A stretch of DNA of 63,979 nt, filler included, from Catajapyx aquilonaris (taxonomy: Eukaryota): the NCBI GenBank assembly GCA_000934665.2. It is 3 parts of 3 records of this genome, joined end to end, with 100 filler letters (N's around TTAATTAATTAA, not from the genome) between each part and the next. Parts side by side here need not be neighbours in the genome. Positions count along the whole stretch, not along the records: positions 1 to 21,450 come from KZ539477.1; positions 21,551 to 42,810 come from JYFJ02006107.1; 1 more part is not named here. One strand, 5' to 3'. This document shows positions 11,194 to 25,164 of this stretch, in pieces. Position 1 is the stretch's first letter; each line of letters opens with the position of its first letter. Under the pieces are notes generated by a model. It worked only from the letters and a program-made list of their open reading frames with translations, made no database searches and was not told the origin of the DNA. The position numbers and the translations under genes were made by a program.

Positions 11194-14100
11194 TATTTCG
11201 AACAAGATGAATTAAACTAGGAACAAGCATTCGGATGACTGGCGAGCGTCACCATCCAGATAATGTCATCATGGCCCACCTGTTGCATCCATTCCGCTGT
11301 CCCATCCCCATCCCGCTTCCCACTCCAGACTCCATTGATGTACAAAGTATTGCATCGATGTCCAATGTGTATTACTCTACCTGTACTGTCATTGGAAACA
11401 TGAGTAATATTCACTTGCGCGATTGCCTAGCTAAGCATGCATGCCATTCTTTTCTTTGCTGCGATGGCGTGAGGAAGTCAGTGCTCGAATTTTGTGCTTG
11501 TCATCAAAATACCGCCAGACCAGTCATATACCAGCTATACTATGCGCCGTCACATTCTCGACTCATTAACTTATTAATTTTCTCAACCAATGTGTTGAAT
11601 ACGCAAATATTGAACCACACGCTTGATATATTTTCGGAGCATCGTTCGTTAATTCCCTGCTGGCATGTATGCGCTAGAGAAATTTTTTAATTAGCTAAGT
11701 ACTTCATGCTAGCCAGACATGTTGCAATATCGCATAAGGATGGAATTATGACGCAGACCGGTGCAGAAACCGGGCTGCTTCAGGTAGTTCGATTCCTTGA
11801 CCGATTCTAAGAAGTATTATAAATACTCTATTCGATTTTTGTCGGCTCTATCGTCAGCTTAGCGCTGTCGTGGGCCTCCAAATACAACACAAGGTGTTCG
11901 TGCCCTATTTCGGTATATGTTTAAAATGGGCCAAAATCTACCCTGATTAGCTAAAACAGCCTCAAGTAACGCGGAAACCTCGTTACTATAAGTGTTCATC
12001 AATGAATTGCTGGGGGCACCTTCAAATCTACTTGTTACGAAAGCTGGCTATGCAAATATTGTGCACATATACTCCTTGTCTAATAGTCCATACGATCATG
12101 AGAACCGATGTGACTATTACGTAACTGATTGAATCAAAATCATGACAGGGCAGTTCACCATCTAATATTGAAGCCTGAAGACTGCTTCGCACATACACTG
12201 CATCCACCCATTTGGGTCAAACTGTCCCACCATTCTGTTTGCAGAGAGGTTTAAATTGTTATGCGGTGTACTTAACCTTCGCCGGGTATTACAGCTTAGA
12301 ATATCATAAGTACTTGCTAGTCAAGTAAGCGCTTATACAAAAGGCGGCACTTTTTACATTATTCCTCCACCACGACAGAACAACAAACAAGAGACATGGT
12401 ACACACGGCACAAACACAGGTGTTAACTGGGTAAACTTCTAGGATGCACTGGCCAGCTTTTTCTTCCTTTTTCGAAGGCAAAAATTCTAAGCGCTCTCCC
12501 ATCACTATTGGTTCCAGGAGAGATCAGAGCAAGAGCAGAAATTTAAGCCTTTATAGCTTTTTTTCTTAGTAATTTTGTCCGTTTCCATGCCTACAAATCC
12601 TACGGTCACATGTCAGGTTTCTTCTCTGGGGACTGCCTTTGTGGATTTGTATGCCAACCTAATCGTATTGATGCCTACACGTTTTAAGGTCTACGCGCCT
12701 ACCCTAACAACAGTGGGCGACTATAACAATAGCAAGTGCTTGAACATCTTGGATAGTAGGGAAAAAACAGGATCACTATTTTTTGAGTGCCACCGTATCC
12801 ATTGTCCAACTCTTAACACCTATCACCTTGAATGAATTGGCTTGCGCCCTTTCCCGAGGGTTTTGTGGTTTTTGGGGGAAACGGCACAAGGGATGAGCCA
12901 GGTGAGGAAAGATTTATGACCTTTGGTTACCTTTTTTTGTCCAAAATTAGGTCCACCTGTGTCTCCCCCTGCCACCCACCGAGAACACATTTTCTTTCGC
13001 TCCTGCCTTACATTCCAGTTTTGTCCAGGGATGGACACCTTTCACTTCAAAATGATCAAATTCATTCCAAATCTGGAGCACTCTTACCCTATTTCAATTA
13101 AGACCCATACCCCCATGTCACGCATTGTAACGCTGGGGCAGACCCACCCTCAATGAGCACGTCACGCTGCTCTTCCCCCCGCCTCCACACAATAGATTTT
13201 CAATGAACTGGCGGCGAAATTTTCAAATACCTTTCTTTTATAACGAATTTTGAGCGTGATGTCACGCTCAGCTGAAGTCGCGCTGCGTCACGCTGAATCA
13301 ACTCTCATGCCCCTACCATACCATTAAAAATATTTTGCAAAATATTTGCCACACTTGAAGCGAACTGGTAGCCTGTACTTTTCATCAGCTCTTGCGGACC
13401 CTTGCGTAAAATGACCCTCTGTTCGGAGACGTTGAGGGGTATCTTTCTTTCAAGAAGGAGGGAGAACAGCTCTCCGCGCCACCCGCCAGTAGCTGCCAAT
13501 TGTTGAACTACCACCTTCTAAAACTTGTACAATCTAGGCCTGTTTTTGCAAATTATATCTGCGAACTGTGAAAGGATTTACCTGCAAGCACATTTATTGT
13601 GCAATAAAGTACAGCACTGCATTAAATTGTCTCAATGAGGAACCTCAACTTTAAATATGCGCAAGCCAATCTTATTACACAAACGTAACAGTTGTGGAAT
13701 GTGCAAATAGGCGACTCTTGACAGCGAAATTCACATATTCATGCCCCACCCGTCACCAGAAGACGAACCATTCATATTTTTAAAAAGCCATCTTATTTGA
13801 CCGTACTGTACAGTACTGTACTAGGAACCTGTACAGGTCTCCGTTCCCGGAAAATTTCGCAGCAATAAACAAACTTCTGTTATATCAGACAATACTAAAC
13901 CAGGAAAAATAGGTTAATGCTCCTTAACATGTCTCCGAAATTTGTGCCATAATCATAGCCTCAGATTGATTCAAACCTGCAGAAATATTATTAATTCCGC
14001 TTTACACGGGGTTTCCGTTACTGACGGACCTAAAATGCTATATCAGACAAAAATTCGCTACACGATCCGATATATCCAGTGTCCGCTCTACGCAAGTTTC

Positions 14101-16047
14101 AATCACAAACGGCCTAACGCGTATCATAAAAATGGACCTATACTTCTAGCTAACGAACACAATTTGTACCCCGGTCAGGCACTACCTAATACCCTTTCTC
14201 TCCTTCAAAATGCATGCTCCTCCAGTGGTAAATGAACCTTCCTGAGTCATTTGGGCACTTGGAAGGGTCGACCTTCCTACCCATCCGGCATCCCGACCGC
14301 TACCCATCATAACAGCCCAATCTGGCAACACCGCTTCCCCCTCTACAGGTTCGTAATCGCTCGAGTGAAGACAGTTTGGTTGTTTTAAATTCTACCCTCG
14401 CCAGAGCTATCACGAACTTGCCCAAGACAGGGAAAGCCATGCACTGCAAATCCTACCATATTACTCCTACACAAACACACGTATGACAAAAAAAAAGAAG
14501 TTTTTGGCAGGGTTGCCAAAAATGCCAAATATTATTTTACAATACCCGCGTGGGTACTCATACGTTACATAACAAGTCGGTGCGACTAACTGATACCCTA
14601 TTGCCCTTGCCTCCACTTTACCATAAAGTGTCACAGGCATCCTCAGCTTGCGTGTCACCAAAAGCTAAAGTCAATTATTGTGCGAGAATCAAACAAAAAG
14701 CCGCCCACCGCAAATATTTGACTCAAATAAGAAATATCTTTAAAACCTGGGCCCCCAGGCGATAAAGCCTTCTCCCGTGAAGGTCACTTTAATAAAGGCC
14801 ATTTTCCCCGAAGTTCGGTGCCTATATTGCTGGTGTGAGGGACCCATCCCCTTTGCCCATGCAGGGAGGCACTGACTTGGCCACAGATAATCTATTGTCC
14901 GCTAGATTTTAATAACAGTATGAACTAAAATGAAGAATTGGTCGCATATTTAGATGCTGCTTGGGCAATATTTGTAAGCTTCTCAAATTATCCCGTTAGA
15001 AATGGGCCATAAAGCACTTGTTTGTATCTTCAGTGTGGAAGCCAATCAGGATAGGGCTACACCCATTTGGGTTGAAAATATTGTTGATTCCTCTCAAAAC
15101 GTGCCATTAGGAAACGTAAAAGCAGCCATGGTAGTTGACAATTTTAATACGTAACAGTTAACACACAAACCATAAAAACTTTCCCTGCCGTGCGGTGTGG
15201 TGGATCAGAAAAGTTTCAAGACCCTCTGCTGTGTTTACACTACCAGTCACCCACAAAATAAGCTTGTCTGCACACCAGTGTCACCTTATGTGCATGCCAG
15301 TGGTTTTCAAGAACCATGAAGCACTGTTGCCAGCCTGAAGTTCTGCAGTACACTCACCTCTACACCTATAGGGCCTCCTTCAAATGGTCTCTTGATGCAA
15401 CCCCCTCCCCATCATTTACTTTTACTCCCCTTGGGGATGGGGGGGGAAAAAAAATCTGCTTTAGTCCTAGCTACCAGCATTTTTTCCAGCTTCATGCACT
15501 GCAGAATTCATAATCTCAACACGCTTGCACCATTCCTGAAGTGCAATTAACTTGTATTCTACTGTTCATCTCCATGTTCTCTCATCCTACTGGTATATCT
15601 ATTATTCAGCACTATGTAGAAACCTCAGTGGACCTATGCCATGTGCATTTAAATTGTACCAACTCCTTCATTTCGGAAAGATTATTATCTCATGTGCCAA
15701 GCCTACACAAAATTTGCAACTGCATAAAGCCTATGCTGGGCTGTATCCAGGGAAGAAGGGGCTTGCCCAAGCTGACTCCACTTTGTGGGAGAGAGGGGGG
15801 GTCCACCTTAGTCTTCCCAAAATAAAGTCTTGGCTAGCGCCCTAATCCTACTTCACTCACAGCAAGAAAAAGTGGAAACTATTCCAATATAGAGCATTGG
15901 TTGGCACAGCTTCCTTGCACATGGCAACGGTATTATTGTGACCAATTTTTCAAAAGTAGTTTGAAGAGTTATCCAGCACATTTTCAATTTGGCTGGAAAA
16001 AATGCTCTTTCTAGGACTATCAAAAATAATATTGGATATGTACTCAC

Positions 16048-16225
16048 CAAGAGAACTCTCCGGGTCAGACAGGTCAGACAATGAAGGCACCTTCTGCACA
16101 GAGGCCAATGGACGCGGGGGTGGCGGTGCCAAGGCAGCATTGCCTGAACAGGGGCAACTTCCATGGACATTTTCCATAGGCTCCTGCTTCACTACCACCA
16201 CCACTACCCCTTTCTCCTTTCCTGC
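16048..16225 (-). CDS. pnt: pointed orthologue, coding exon 2
   Basis: Acceptor TCACAG|; AGKEKGVVVVVVKQEP...VQKVPSLSDLSDPESSL (motif recalled from arthropod Pointed); donor G|GTGAGT, phase 1. Confidence 0.85.
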
Positions 16226-17535
16226 CTGTGAATCACATATACATCAGAACAAAGGCTCAAATCATCTGTAAAATTATCACTCAATATGGTGATCAGCAAA
16301 GTCCAAAATATTGTTAGATTTGTCAAATTTGGGCAACTCTATTGCTTTTACAAGTTACATGGTATCTAATCTAATAACAGGTGCATGGCACTTGACATTT
16401 ACATTGTAGATTAATTTTGCAATGTCTATATCAGTAATCACAATAATTTAATGATCTTAACACTAATCAAAAAAATTCTTCGCTGTAAAGTTTGTTTCTT
16501 TACAAGCCCTGCCTTTTTATAGATCTTGCAGGTGTAGTGCCTGGCAGGTGCTACATCCCAAAATCCTACAACCCTCAAACGTCTCAGCCATTACACAAAA
16601 ACGGTCAAGCTTTTTAAATATACATTTCTGGGCAATTAATCTTCCATACTTCATTTTTAAAATGCCATATTTGACATAAAACAAGGTCAGTTCTCAACAA
16701 TATTCCACCCCAAGCCCGAAGCATCACCTGCTTTGAAAGACGCATCACACCATCTGTGGCAACCTGTAGCACCGCCTCATTAATTCCCCCGCCACTCTCG
16801 GCAATCCATCTATTTATGTGACATCTATCACCGGATTTCGTTCAAGCCCCAGGCCTCATTGTTGTTAGAGCATTGACTGGACACAAAAATCAGGTTCTTA
16901 GACAAGGTCTAGTGGTTGCATCAGTTGATTTACCCCCCCCCCCCCCCCCCCCCCCCCCTTTTTTTAAAAAACCAGATAGTGTCAATGGCATTCCTTGGGA
17001 ACANNNNNNNNNNNNNNNNNNNNNNNNNNNNNNNNNNNNNNNNNNNNNNNNNNNNNNNNNNNNNNNNNNNNGGGGGGGGGGGGGGGGGGAGTGAATGAAT
17101 GGCTGAGTCAGTGAGCATGGGAATGAATGAATGAAGGATGACAAGTGGTCGAGTGGGGGTGGGTAGGCCGGCTCCCCACAAATTGGATAATGAATGAATA
17201 TGAGCCAGTGCTGGGACACAGTGTAGCCAGCCTTTATTTGGATCCGGAGCCCCGGGAAACACCCCGTCTATTTCCAGGCCTGAACCCCAGCCAAACAGGG
17301 AGTGTAGCGTAGACCCCCGGAAAAAAAAACTCGAAAAGAAAAGACCTCTCGGGAGAAGTTAGGGCAGTACGGCTGCCAACAACCGCCCCCCCCCCCCCCC
17401 CCCCCCCCCCCCCNCCCCCCCCACGCCCCCCCAACCAACGTGGGAACCCGATCTGATGAAGGGAGTGCATGCAGTGTTGCCATGTCCGCATCAGGACAGC
17501 CAAGGTCAGCGGCCATCAATCCCCCTGTGGCTCAC

Positions 17536-17679
17536 CTTGGGCATTGCCGAATGGGGGGATGGGGACGACGATGAAGACGATGAGGAGGAGGGAGTAGCAA
17601 TGTGCGTGGGATAGAAGTCCTGGTCCTCCAAGTTGTAATCGGCGTACAGCGACTGGACGCTCAGCTCCACTTCGTCCAT
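17536..17679 (-). CDS. pnt: pointed/ETS1-2 orthologue (P2-like isoform), coding exon 1
   Basis: GCGCCATGG start; MDEVELSVQSLYADYNLEDQDFYP...SAMPK; donor AAG|GTGAGC; 144 nt, phase 0, matches exon 2. Confidence 0.8.
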
Positions 17680-17839
17680 GGCGCCCACACGACCTATGTA
17701 CACCAAATATTACATACAACCAACAAACACACACACACACTAATTCTTGCCTGCACTAGTAGCCGGGCCTCAAGCCACGACGTCCACGACGTCCTTGTTG
17801 CCTGCTTGGCCGCCGCCCTCCGCTTCCATTCACACGCGC

Positions 17840-17930
17840 ACTCCCAAACGACTGAATGAAACCTCCCGACCGGGAGTGGTGGGAGAGGGTGGGAGTGCGG
17901 GGGTTCGGTCGGCACTGCGCAGGCGCACCA
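17840..17930 (-). promoter_or_regulatory. probable distal pointed promoter
   Basis: NRF1/Ewg motif TGCGCAGGCGCA at 17916-17927, about 60 bp upstream of an Inr-like TCATTCAGT (17851-17859); GC-rich; about 170 bp upstream of the ATG. Confidence 0.5.
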
Positions 17931-19359
17931 TCCCCCTAAACTCACCCGCCGTTCAGCGTACAATACACCTGATCCCTGGCCCTGGAGGGATGCTGCTGCA
18001 AGGCCCAAAAACCGGGGGGGCCACGTTGCCAGCTGGAACAAGGGGTCATCCTCCTGCATGTGGCTTGTGGGGGTGTCAAAAGTCAGCATTGTTTGTGGGG
18101 GGGTCATCACCCGACACTTGCTGTTCCTAGTACGGGTTCCAAAATCTGATTGGGGGTTCTGGGTCATGGGTAACTGCGGGATGTTTTTCCCGGTGAGACC
18201 ACACACTTTACCAGTAATAATAGCAACTTTGTGTGGGTGCCAAAAACGGATGGAAAATTGGGGGGGTGTTTGCGAAAACTTTTAGCGATGGTGTACCGAG
18301 TGTGACACAACCCAATGTGCACATCGGCGTACAATTATGCGGTAATTATTGTAGTACCGTACGAGTTGAGCACTTTTCGAATATTGACTCTTGTATAACA
18401 CAAAGAAATATGAGGCATATTGATGTGCAGCAATGAATGTCAACAATGTAAACGAAGCCAACAATTATTAAAGCACTTTATGGCTGGATCAATAATATGT
18501 AACATAACTTTTGTGCTTCTCATATATGAACCAGGGTTGGAAGTAGGTATATGGACATATTTGGAGCACTTAGGAACACCGGGGGTGAATATGAAGAGTG
18601 TTTTGAAGTGCCCATTAAATTAGTTATTATTGGCAGGAGTACTCTCTTGCACGCAGCAGGCACATGGAAGTAAACCAGGAATAATTAACTGGTTCGGTCT
18701 GGTTCGGTAATCGATGGTAAATCCAGAATGATTAATTACTTGTTCTGGGTTTACCGTCGATCACACAACCGGTCCTTAGCGGATTTGAGTGAATGTGCCT
18801 CCCTTTTCTGTTATGGAGCTGTCACATTTATCCCGCGCTACAGCATAACACATTTCCCACCACAGTACCGGTAGATGCAATACTGAGACATCCTATATAC
18901 CTGTCTTAAAGTAACATTACGGTTTATCCTAGAAATTAGATTAACTCTCAACCAGAAATGTGTTTCACGGATATAATGAAGAGTAAGAATAAAAACAATA
19001 GGACGCTACACTAATAATTCATATTCGATAGCTATATTAAACTAATAGAACTGTCCCGATTTGGAAATCTTTCATATAGCAGGTGGGAGGTAAAGGTCAT
19101 TTGATCCTATAGGTACACCTTCGTTATACAATAATAACAGTATTGATTGGAGGAAAGGTCCATCCGTGGAAATGACGAAGGAAGAGAGGTCGCTGAGTCC
19201 ACCTATCGGATTTCAGGTGGCAGACTGGCCTCCATACCACTAAACTGCTGTTACTAAACTACTAACGACGAATTCATGAACAACTGAATCTTCATTGTAC
19301 AAGACAATGGTTTAGTTAAATAGCATCAGATGACTGTTGAATAATAAGTGTTTCCCTAG

Positions 19360-19604
19360 CAGCGGTTCCCAACCTGCATGGGGGTCGCGAAGCCTTTTCC
19401 GGGGGATTGCGCGTGGCCGCGGTAATTTTTATAAATTAAAAAATTACTATACATTTTTCAAACGATTTTTATAGGCAATTTCATCGCGAAGGTTTTTTTT
19501 CAGCACCGTCCTACTAACACTCGGGGGAGGTGGGGGGGGGGGGTCGCAGGTTACTTGACTATCATAAAAGGGGGTCGCGACCCGGAAAAGGTTGGGAACC
19601 ACTG
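19360..19604. mobile_element. hAT (Charlie-like) MITE
   Basis: CAGCGGTTCCCAACCT...AGGTTGGGAACCACTG with internal GGGGTCGCG repeats. Confidence 0.75.
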
Positions 19605-20146
19605 CCATAGAGAATCCCTGAAGAATTACCTTTTCAGGTAACAGATAATATTGCGCATAACACTACCGTATATACTTATTAGTCATGGTCAGTCCTCTAT
19701 GGTCTGTACAATACCCAATATGGCAAACCCAAAACTATCTGTACAGAAACTGATGAAGAAAATACCGCTGACAAAGTTCACAAAAATTCAGAATATTACG
19801 ATTAAATTATTCTACATTCTCAGCAGGTTCGTCACAATAAATCCAGACCTGTCCAGACCAAACCAGACGGCAAAGCTTTAAAGATGGACTCTGCCAGTCA
19901 TTGGAGATGACTAAGATAATATGAGTGCATCCATGTAAATATCAGTCGCGGCTTCATTTAATGCAAGGGTATCGCCAAGTGAGTCCAGAGCGTCAGATTG
20001 TCATGTTACAGACGGATCAATACGTGGTATGTGGCAGGCACGAGGGTCGGGTAATGCCACTGGGTTACGTAACTGCGAGGTTTCTTTCATCAAATTGATA
20101 TACCGCGTGCTCATTGCGCGTCATGCGGGACCGCATTATACTAATG

Positions 20147-20149
<3 letters not shown>

Positions 20150-20210
<61 letters not shown>
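20150..20210. repeat. compound (TG)n(TA)n microsatellite
   Basis: Visible directly in sequence. Confidence 0.95.
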
Positions 20211-20212
<2 letters not shown>

Positions 20213-21004
20213 GCTGAGAAAGAAATCCATACACAGATTTCTTACTCGCATTTCCCCCTGAGATATACACATTTAAAAGTCTCCAAGCCATGGACCACTG
20301 GCTACCTAACCAGAATATGACTAATAAATTAGAGTTTCACATTTCTGGGACCATTCCTCGTGTAATCTCATTAACTTTTCCGGCGATTAAAAAAAAAACC
20401 GTTCCCAAATTTTGGTCATTTGAACTAAACGCAACATGATCTAGACTATACTGCACCTGCTTTGAAGGGATTTGACCCCGACGGGAAGATGCTGGCAAAA
20501 GTCGATGCATCTATATAGCTCGATTAATGATGCTGCTTTGATACGGCTCAGCGGGTGGATAGGGTGGATTAGATGGAGGGAAACAGCTCTGGTGGCTAGA
20601 AATTATGCATGCTCCCCATGGGTTCAGGAAAGGTGGCCAGTGCTTTAATGGCATTAGTATATATGAGTGGCACATACGCTTATCATATAACTACACATGG
20701 GCATTATTGGCGGCCTGCATTTTTTGCGTGGCCCTTTCCATACCAGTGTCAGTACATTTATAAGATAGAGGCGTACAATGAGACATTTTTCACGTGATCC
20801 AAAGGCGGGAGGGCAAGGGATGCCGACATGTTCTGATCATATGAGAGAAGGGTATAATTATATTAAGGACTTGCGTCCATGATAACGTCTAGATCTAGAG
20901 AGTAGGTCATGCAGGGGTTGGGAAAGGACTGGGATCCAATAAAAAAGGGGATTGCGGCAATGTCTCATCATAATCACAATTCTGATAGGAAAGTGTTGTG
21001 TTCC

Positions 21005-21006
<2 letters not shown>

Positions 21007-21082
<76 letters not shown>
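21007..21082. repeat. (AAT)n microsatellite
   Basis: Visible directly in sequence. Confidence 0.95.
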
Positions 21083-21293
21083 TCATTCTTTCATTCATTC
21101 ATTTCTTCACGGCATTGTCCCAAGCATGGGGTAGCCAGCGATGACGTAATGCCATCTCGTTTGACCGTACATTACATGACAAAACTATGGTGACTTGTCA
21201 GGTACAGTACACGCAAGGCTATGATGTGTGATGATAATGAAAATAATGACATGAACAAACACACTCTACACATACATCCATGTAAATACGCAT

Positions 21294-21387
<94 letters not shown>
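21294..21387. repeat. compound (AAC)n(AAT)n microsatellite
   Basis: Visible directly in sequence. Confidence 0.95.
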
Positions 21388-21550
21388 TAACTTCCCAAGG
21401 TCAGGATAATTATGCACCTGCTCATGCGATGGACGCAACATTGAACAAAANNNNNNNNNNNNNNNNNNNNNNNNNNNNNNNNNNNNNNNNNNNNTTAATT
21501 AATTAANNNNNNNNNNNNNNNNNNNNNNNNNNNNNNNNNNNNNNNNNNNN

Positions 21551-21890
21551 TAACATTTAAACCAAAGCAGGTGTTTACATATGGAACGCAAACAGTCTCA
21601 CACAGTAATCATTTCTGACACCGCTTTTTACCTCCAGTCTTATACATGTGAATTTTATCCTCATAATGTTATCTGTAAGTAATCTTAACATTTTAAACCA
21701 AAACAGGTGTATTCTCACACAGTAATCATTTCTGACACTGCTTTTTACCTCCAGTCTTATACATATGAATTTTATCCTTATGTAATCCTTAAGTAATCTT
21801 GACATTTTAAACCTAAACAGATGGTTGCATATGGAACTCACACAGTAATCACTTCGTTTACCTCCAGTCTTATGCACGTGAATTTTATCT
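21551..21890. repeat. tandem repeat, about 3 copies of a 115-135 bp unit, next to a gap
   Basis: Recurrent ACATTTTAAACC...CTCACACAGTAATCA...TTTACCTCCAGTCTTAT...GAATTTTATC. Confidence 0.75.
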
Positions 21891-22246
21891 TTGTGTGATT
21901 TTATTCTACATAGATGTAAATCTATTGTGCGCTCATGAAGAGACACAGCTTCATTTTTATTTAACCTCGCCCCATATGTGAACCAATAAAAAAAAGTTTC
22001 TCATTAGAATGGATGAGAGCATGCAGCTCAAACACTTGGGCTCTCAAGGTTTTTTTCAAAAACATTGCATTTGGTGCCTTCTCCTATGTTCAGCAGAGAA
22101 AATGCTTAAACTTGTGCACCACTCAAAATGTTTTAATTTTCTACCATTTTAATTTTATCCACCCCATGTACTATATCACTCATAAAGATGGAGACAATTT
22201 TGCATTTGGTTTCCATACAAAATCATCTCCATCTTTTTGATTGATA

Positions 22247-22964
22247 CATAATGGTCATTCAAATGAAAACAATCCAAGGTCATAGCATATTGCAGAACAA
22301 GTTCCTTGTGGCATATTCTACACAAAACGAAGGTGGTACCGATGTAGTATTATGACACACCGAGAGTTGGCCATTCCATCACTTGATACAGTGGCAGAGT
22401 GCCTTTGTTCTAGATCCCCGTCACAAAGACCATCCCGTCAGATGTGGAAGGAATAAATATTGAGCAGCTTCTGGTAATGTTTTCGAACAGCAGAAGGTGT
22501 AGGAAGTCCAGAATTCCATTGCCATATGAGTGCTGTGTACAAAAACGGTGTGTCTTTGTCACATGTTGAATCCTGTGGCTTGCCCAGGTCTGGAATTGCC
22601 AGTCACCAACAACCACCCCTCTTCAAACCGTTTACTCCAGGCTCTAACACGTGACGAAGACATGCAGTTTTCCAACACAGTACTCGTACATTATACATTT
22701 CTGGACTTCCGACACCTGCAGTTCAAAAACAGATTATCAAAAGTTGCTCAATATTAGTTCCTTTCATATCTGACTGGACGGTCTTTTTGACAGGGAGCCC
22801 TGAACAAAGGCACACTGCCACTGTGTCAAGTGATCGAATGGTCAACTCTCAGTGTGTCATGATAGTACATTGGTACCACCTTCGTTTTGTGTAGAAATGC
22901 CACAAGGAAGTCATGCTGCAATGTGCTATGACCTTGGATTTTTTTAATTTGAATGACCATTATA
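22247..22964 (-). mobile_element. mariner remnant with long TIRs
   Basis: ATAATGGTCATTCAAA...TTTGAATGACCATTAT with >100-bp inverted arms; internal ENCMSSSRVRAWSKRFEEG resembles the mariner HTH region. Confidence 0.7.
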
Positions 22965-23187
22965 GTTTAGGTTTGTTGCGCATTAGTCTGAAAAATCACA
23001 GCTGTGCAAAAACTTTCACATCTGCCCTTTGTGAGAGTAAGTGAACTTCTGTTTTATCCATTCCATATCTGTGATTTTTTGATATTTTTTCAGTGTTCCC
23101 TTGTATACTCTTAACTTCTACAAGGTAATTGAAAAAGAATGCCCAATTTTAAAACCCCATTACTCGAAATAATGTGAACATATCTTA

Positions 23188-24060
23188 GGGGCACATGGTA
23201 ATGACGATTTTCCCCACTTGCGGGGCCAAGTTGGGTGTAGTCATAGGCGCAGAGTTCTCATTGCACCGCCGATGCAGGTGTCTCGCTGGAGGTACTGTAC
23301 AAACGTGAAATTTTCACAGCATGGCAAATAAGATCCAACTGAGCCCCCTACGAAGTTTCGATCAATTTAGATAATAATTGCGAGATCTAGTGTGGAGAGT
23401 TTTTGAAAACCGGCTCGCGGCAGTTTGGCTCCAGATGCGAATTTTGGAGAGAACTCCAGTACATGCAATGGTAAAAGGCTTCCTCTCTTACTCCTCCAAA
23501 ACCAGATTAATTTGGGCTATTCGTTTTTGCACTACATTTAAAACCGTGTCACCAGCGCAGCAAGTAAAATCGGTGGGAGAACTCCCAGCCATAGCGCAGT
23601 TTGTTTCCTGTCACCCACATGCTTTTTAAATTGATTTAGCACCAAACTGGTTCCCTGGAAACCTGGACAGGGAACCAACTGCTCTACGTTCAGGAGTTCT
23701 CCCGTCGATTTTACACAGTGTGGTGGTGACATGGTATTGAATGTAGAGCAAAAACCAATAGCCCAAATTAATCGCGCTTCGGAGGAGTATGAGAGGAAGA
23801 CTTTTGCCATCAAATATAGTCGAGATATCTCCAAAATTCTCAACTGGAGCGAAACTGCTCCTCCCATCGTAGATCTCGCAATTATTCTAATTTATTGATA
23901 CTTCGTCGGGGGCTCAATTGTATCTTCCTTGCCATGCTGGGAAAATTTCAGGTCCGTACCTCCAGTGAGACGCCTCCACAAGCAGTGCAAAGAGGCTGCA
24001 CCCATGACTCGGCCCAACTTAGCCCCCGCGAGTGGGAAAAATCGTCTGTACCGTGCGCCC
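23188..24060. mobile_element. PIF/Harbinger-like MITE (nested)
   Basis: GGGGCACATGGTA...TACCGTGCGCCC; long inverted arms; TTA/TGA flanks. Confidence 0.7.
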
Positions 24061-24446
24061 TGAATGATTTAAGTTCTGAAGTGCTACAAAATGTTTTAAG
24101 TTTGGTCTTGTTTTAGTTAGTTTTGATGAGCTCCATTTGTCTCTTGGAAGATAAAAAAAGACTGTTCGGTCTCGTGCCAAACCTCCTCAATCATATCTGA
24201 AGTTACCGTTGTGTCCTATGCCATATGGCCTAGAGATGCTGGGATCTTTACACTACTCACATTGTTCTTGATGAATCACTTTTAAAAAGTTGCCTTATTC
24301 ATGAACAAACCTGTCTTAGGGAAGTTTCATGATCACCAATTCTGTTCAGCCTCCCAGTGTGTGAAATCTTGAATGAGAAGTTTTCCAAACACTGGCCCCC
24401 CAGAAGCCCAGATCTTACCCCGCTGGGCATTTTTGTGGGGATACAT

Positions 24447-24796
24447 CAGGCCCCGGACACACTCTATACCACTACATTGCTCCCCCTGTGAGCTTAGATC
24501 TGCTCCCCCACGGAGGGGGTTTGCCACGGGCGACGCTGGGATCAAGAGCCAGTATAGGTGGTGCCGCCACTAGTGGGGAATTCTGAAGCACTTAGGTCGA
24601 CTCCGAATGGCTGGGGTAGTATAGGAGGCCTGTACTACCCCAGTCAATCAGAGTCGACCTAAGTGCTTCAGAATTCCCCGCTAGTGGCGGCACCACCTAT
24701 ACTGGCTCTTGATCCCAGCGTCCCCCCTTGGCAAACCCCCTCGGTGGGGGAGCAGAGCTAAGTTCACTCAAAAAGGGGGGGAGTGCCCACCCCCTG
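24447..24796. mobile_element. hAT MITE, near-perfect hairpin (nested)
   Basis: CAG...CTG ends; 8-bp TSD GGATACAT/GGATACCT; about 140-bp inverted arms; related to 27888-28206. Confidence 0.8.
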
Positions 24797-25164
24797 GGAT
24801 ACCTCGAGAACATTATGTATGGTGAAAAGATCCGGGATCTCCAGCACCTATGGGATGGAATAGCAACGGTAACTCCAGACATGATCGGACGGGTTTGGCA
24901 GGATACCGAATGCCATCTTTTTATTTGCCAAGTGACAAATGGAGCTCATATCAAAACAAACTAAAATAAAACTAAAACTTCAAACATTTCTTAGCATTTC
25001 AAAACTGAAATCATTAAGATATGTTAACACATTTTCGAGTTATAGAGCTTTTAAATCAGGGCATTCTTTTTTGATCACCCTGTATTTCTGGGTGTCACAA
25101 TCACATGAATCTGCCAGTTTGTCGCCCACTGAAAACCACATCCACATATCCTGCACAGAAACTT

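Larger units (their letters stand above)
23121..25082 (+). mobile_element. Tc1/mariner-derived element inserted in the decayed zinc-finger exon; hosts two nested MITEs
   Basis: TA-flanked TIRs; decayed WPPRSPDLTPL..WGYLENIMYGEKIRDLQHL...VTNGAHIK transposase C-terminus. Confidence 0.8.
22020..25164 (-). pseudogene. decayed 3' part of the duplicated zinc-finger exon, interrupted by transposons
   Basis: After an in-frame TAA: KFLCRICGCGFQWATNWQIHVIVT; across the transposon IEVKSIQGNTEK (compare EMDVTQGNIIK); AAACATTGCATTTGGTGCCTT shared with 28880. Confidence 0.65.

Noticed and set aside
20909..21441. Poly-N, poly-I, poly-Y and poly-C ORFs
   Set aside because: Translations of trinucleotide microsatellites
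21451..21550. TTAATTAATTAA embedded in an N run
   Set aside because: Identical 100-bp construct at 42811-42910; an artificial scaffold spacer with stops in all six frames
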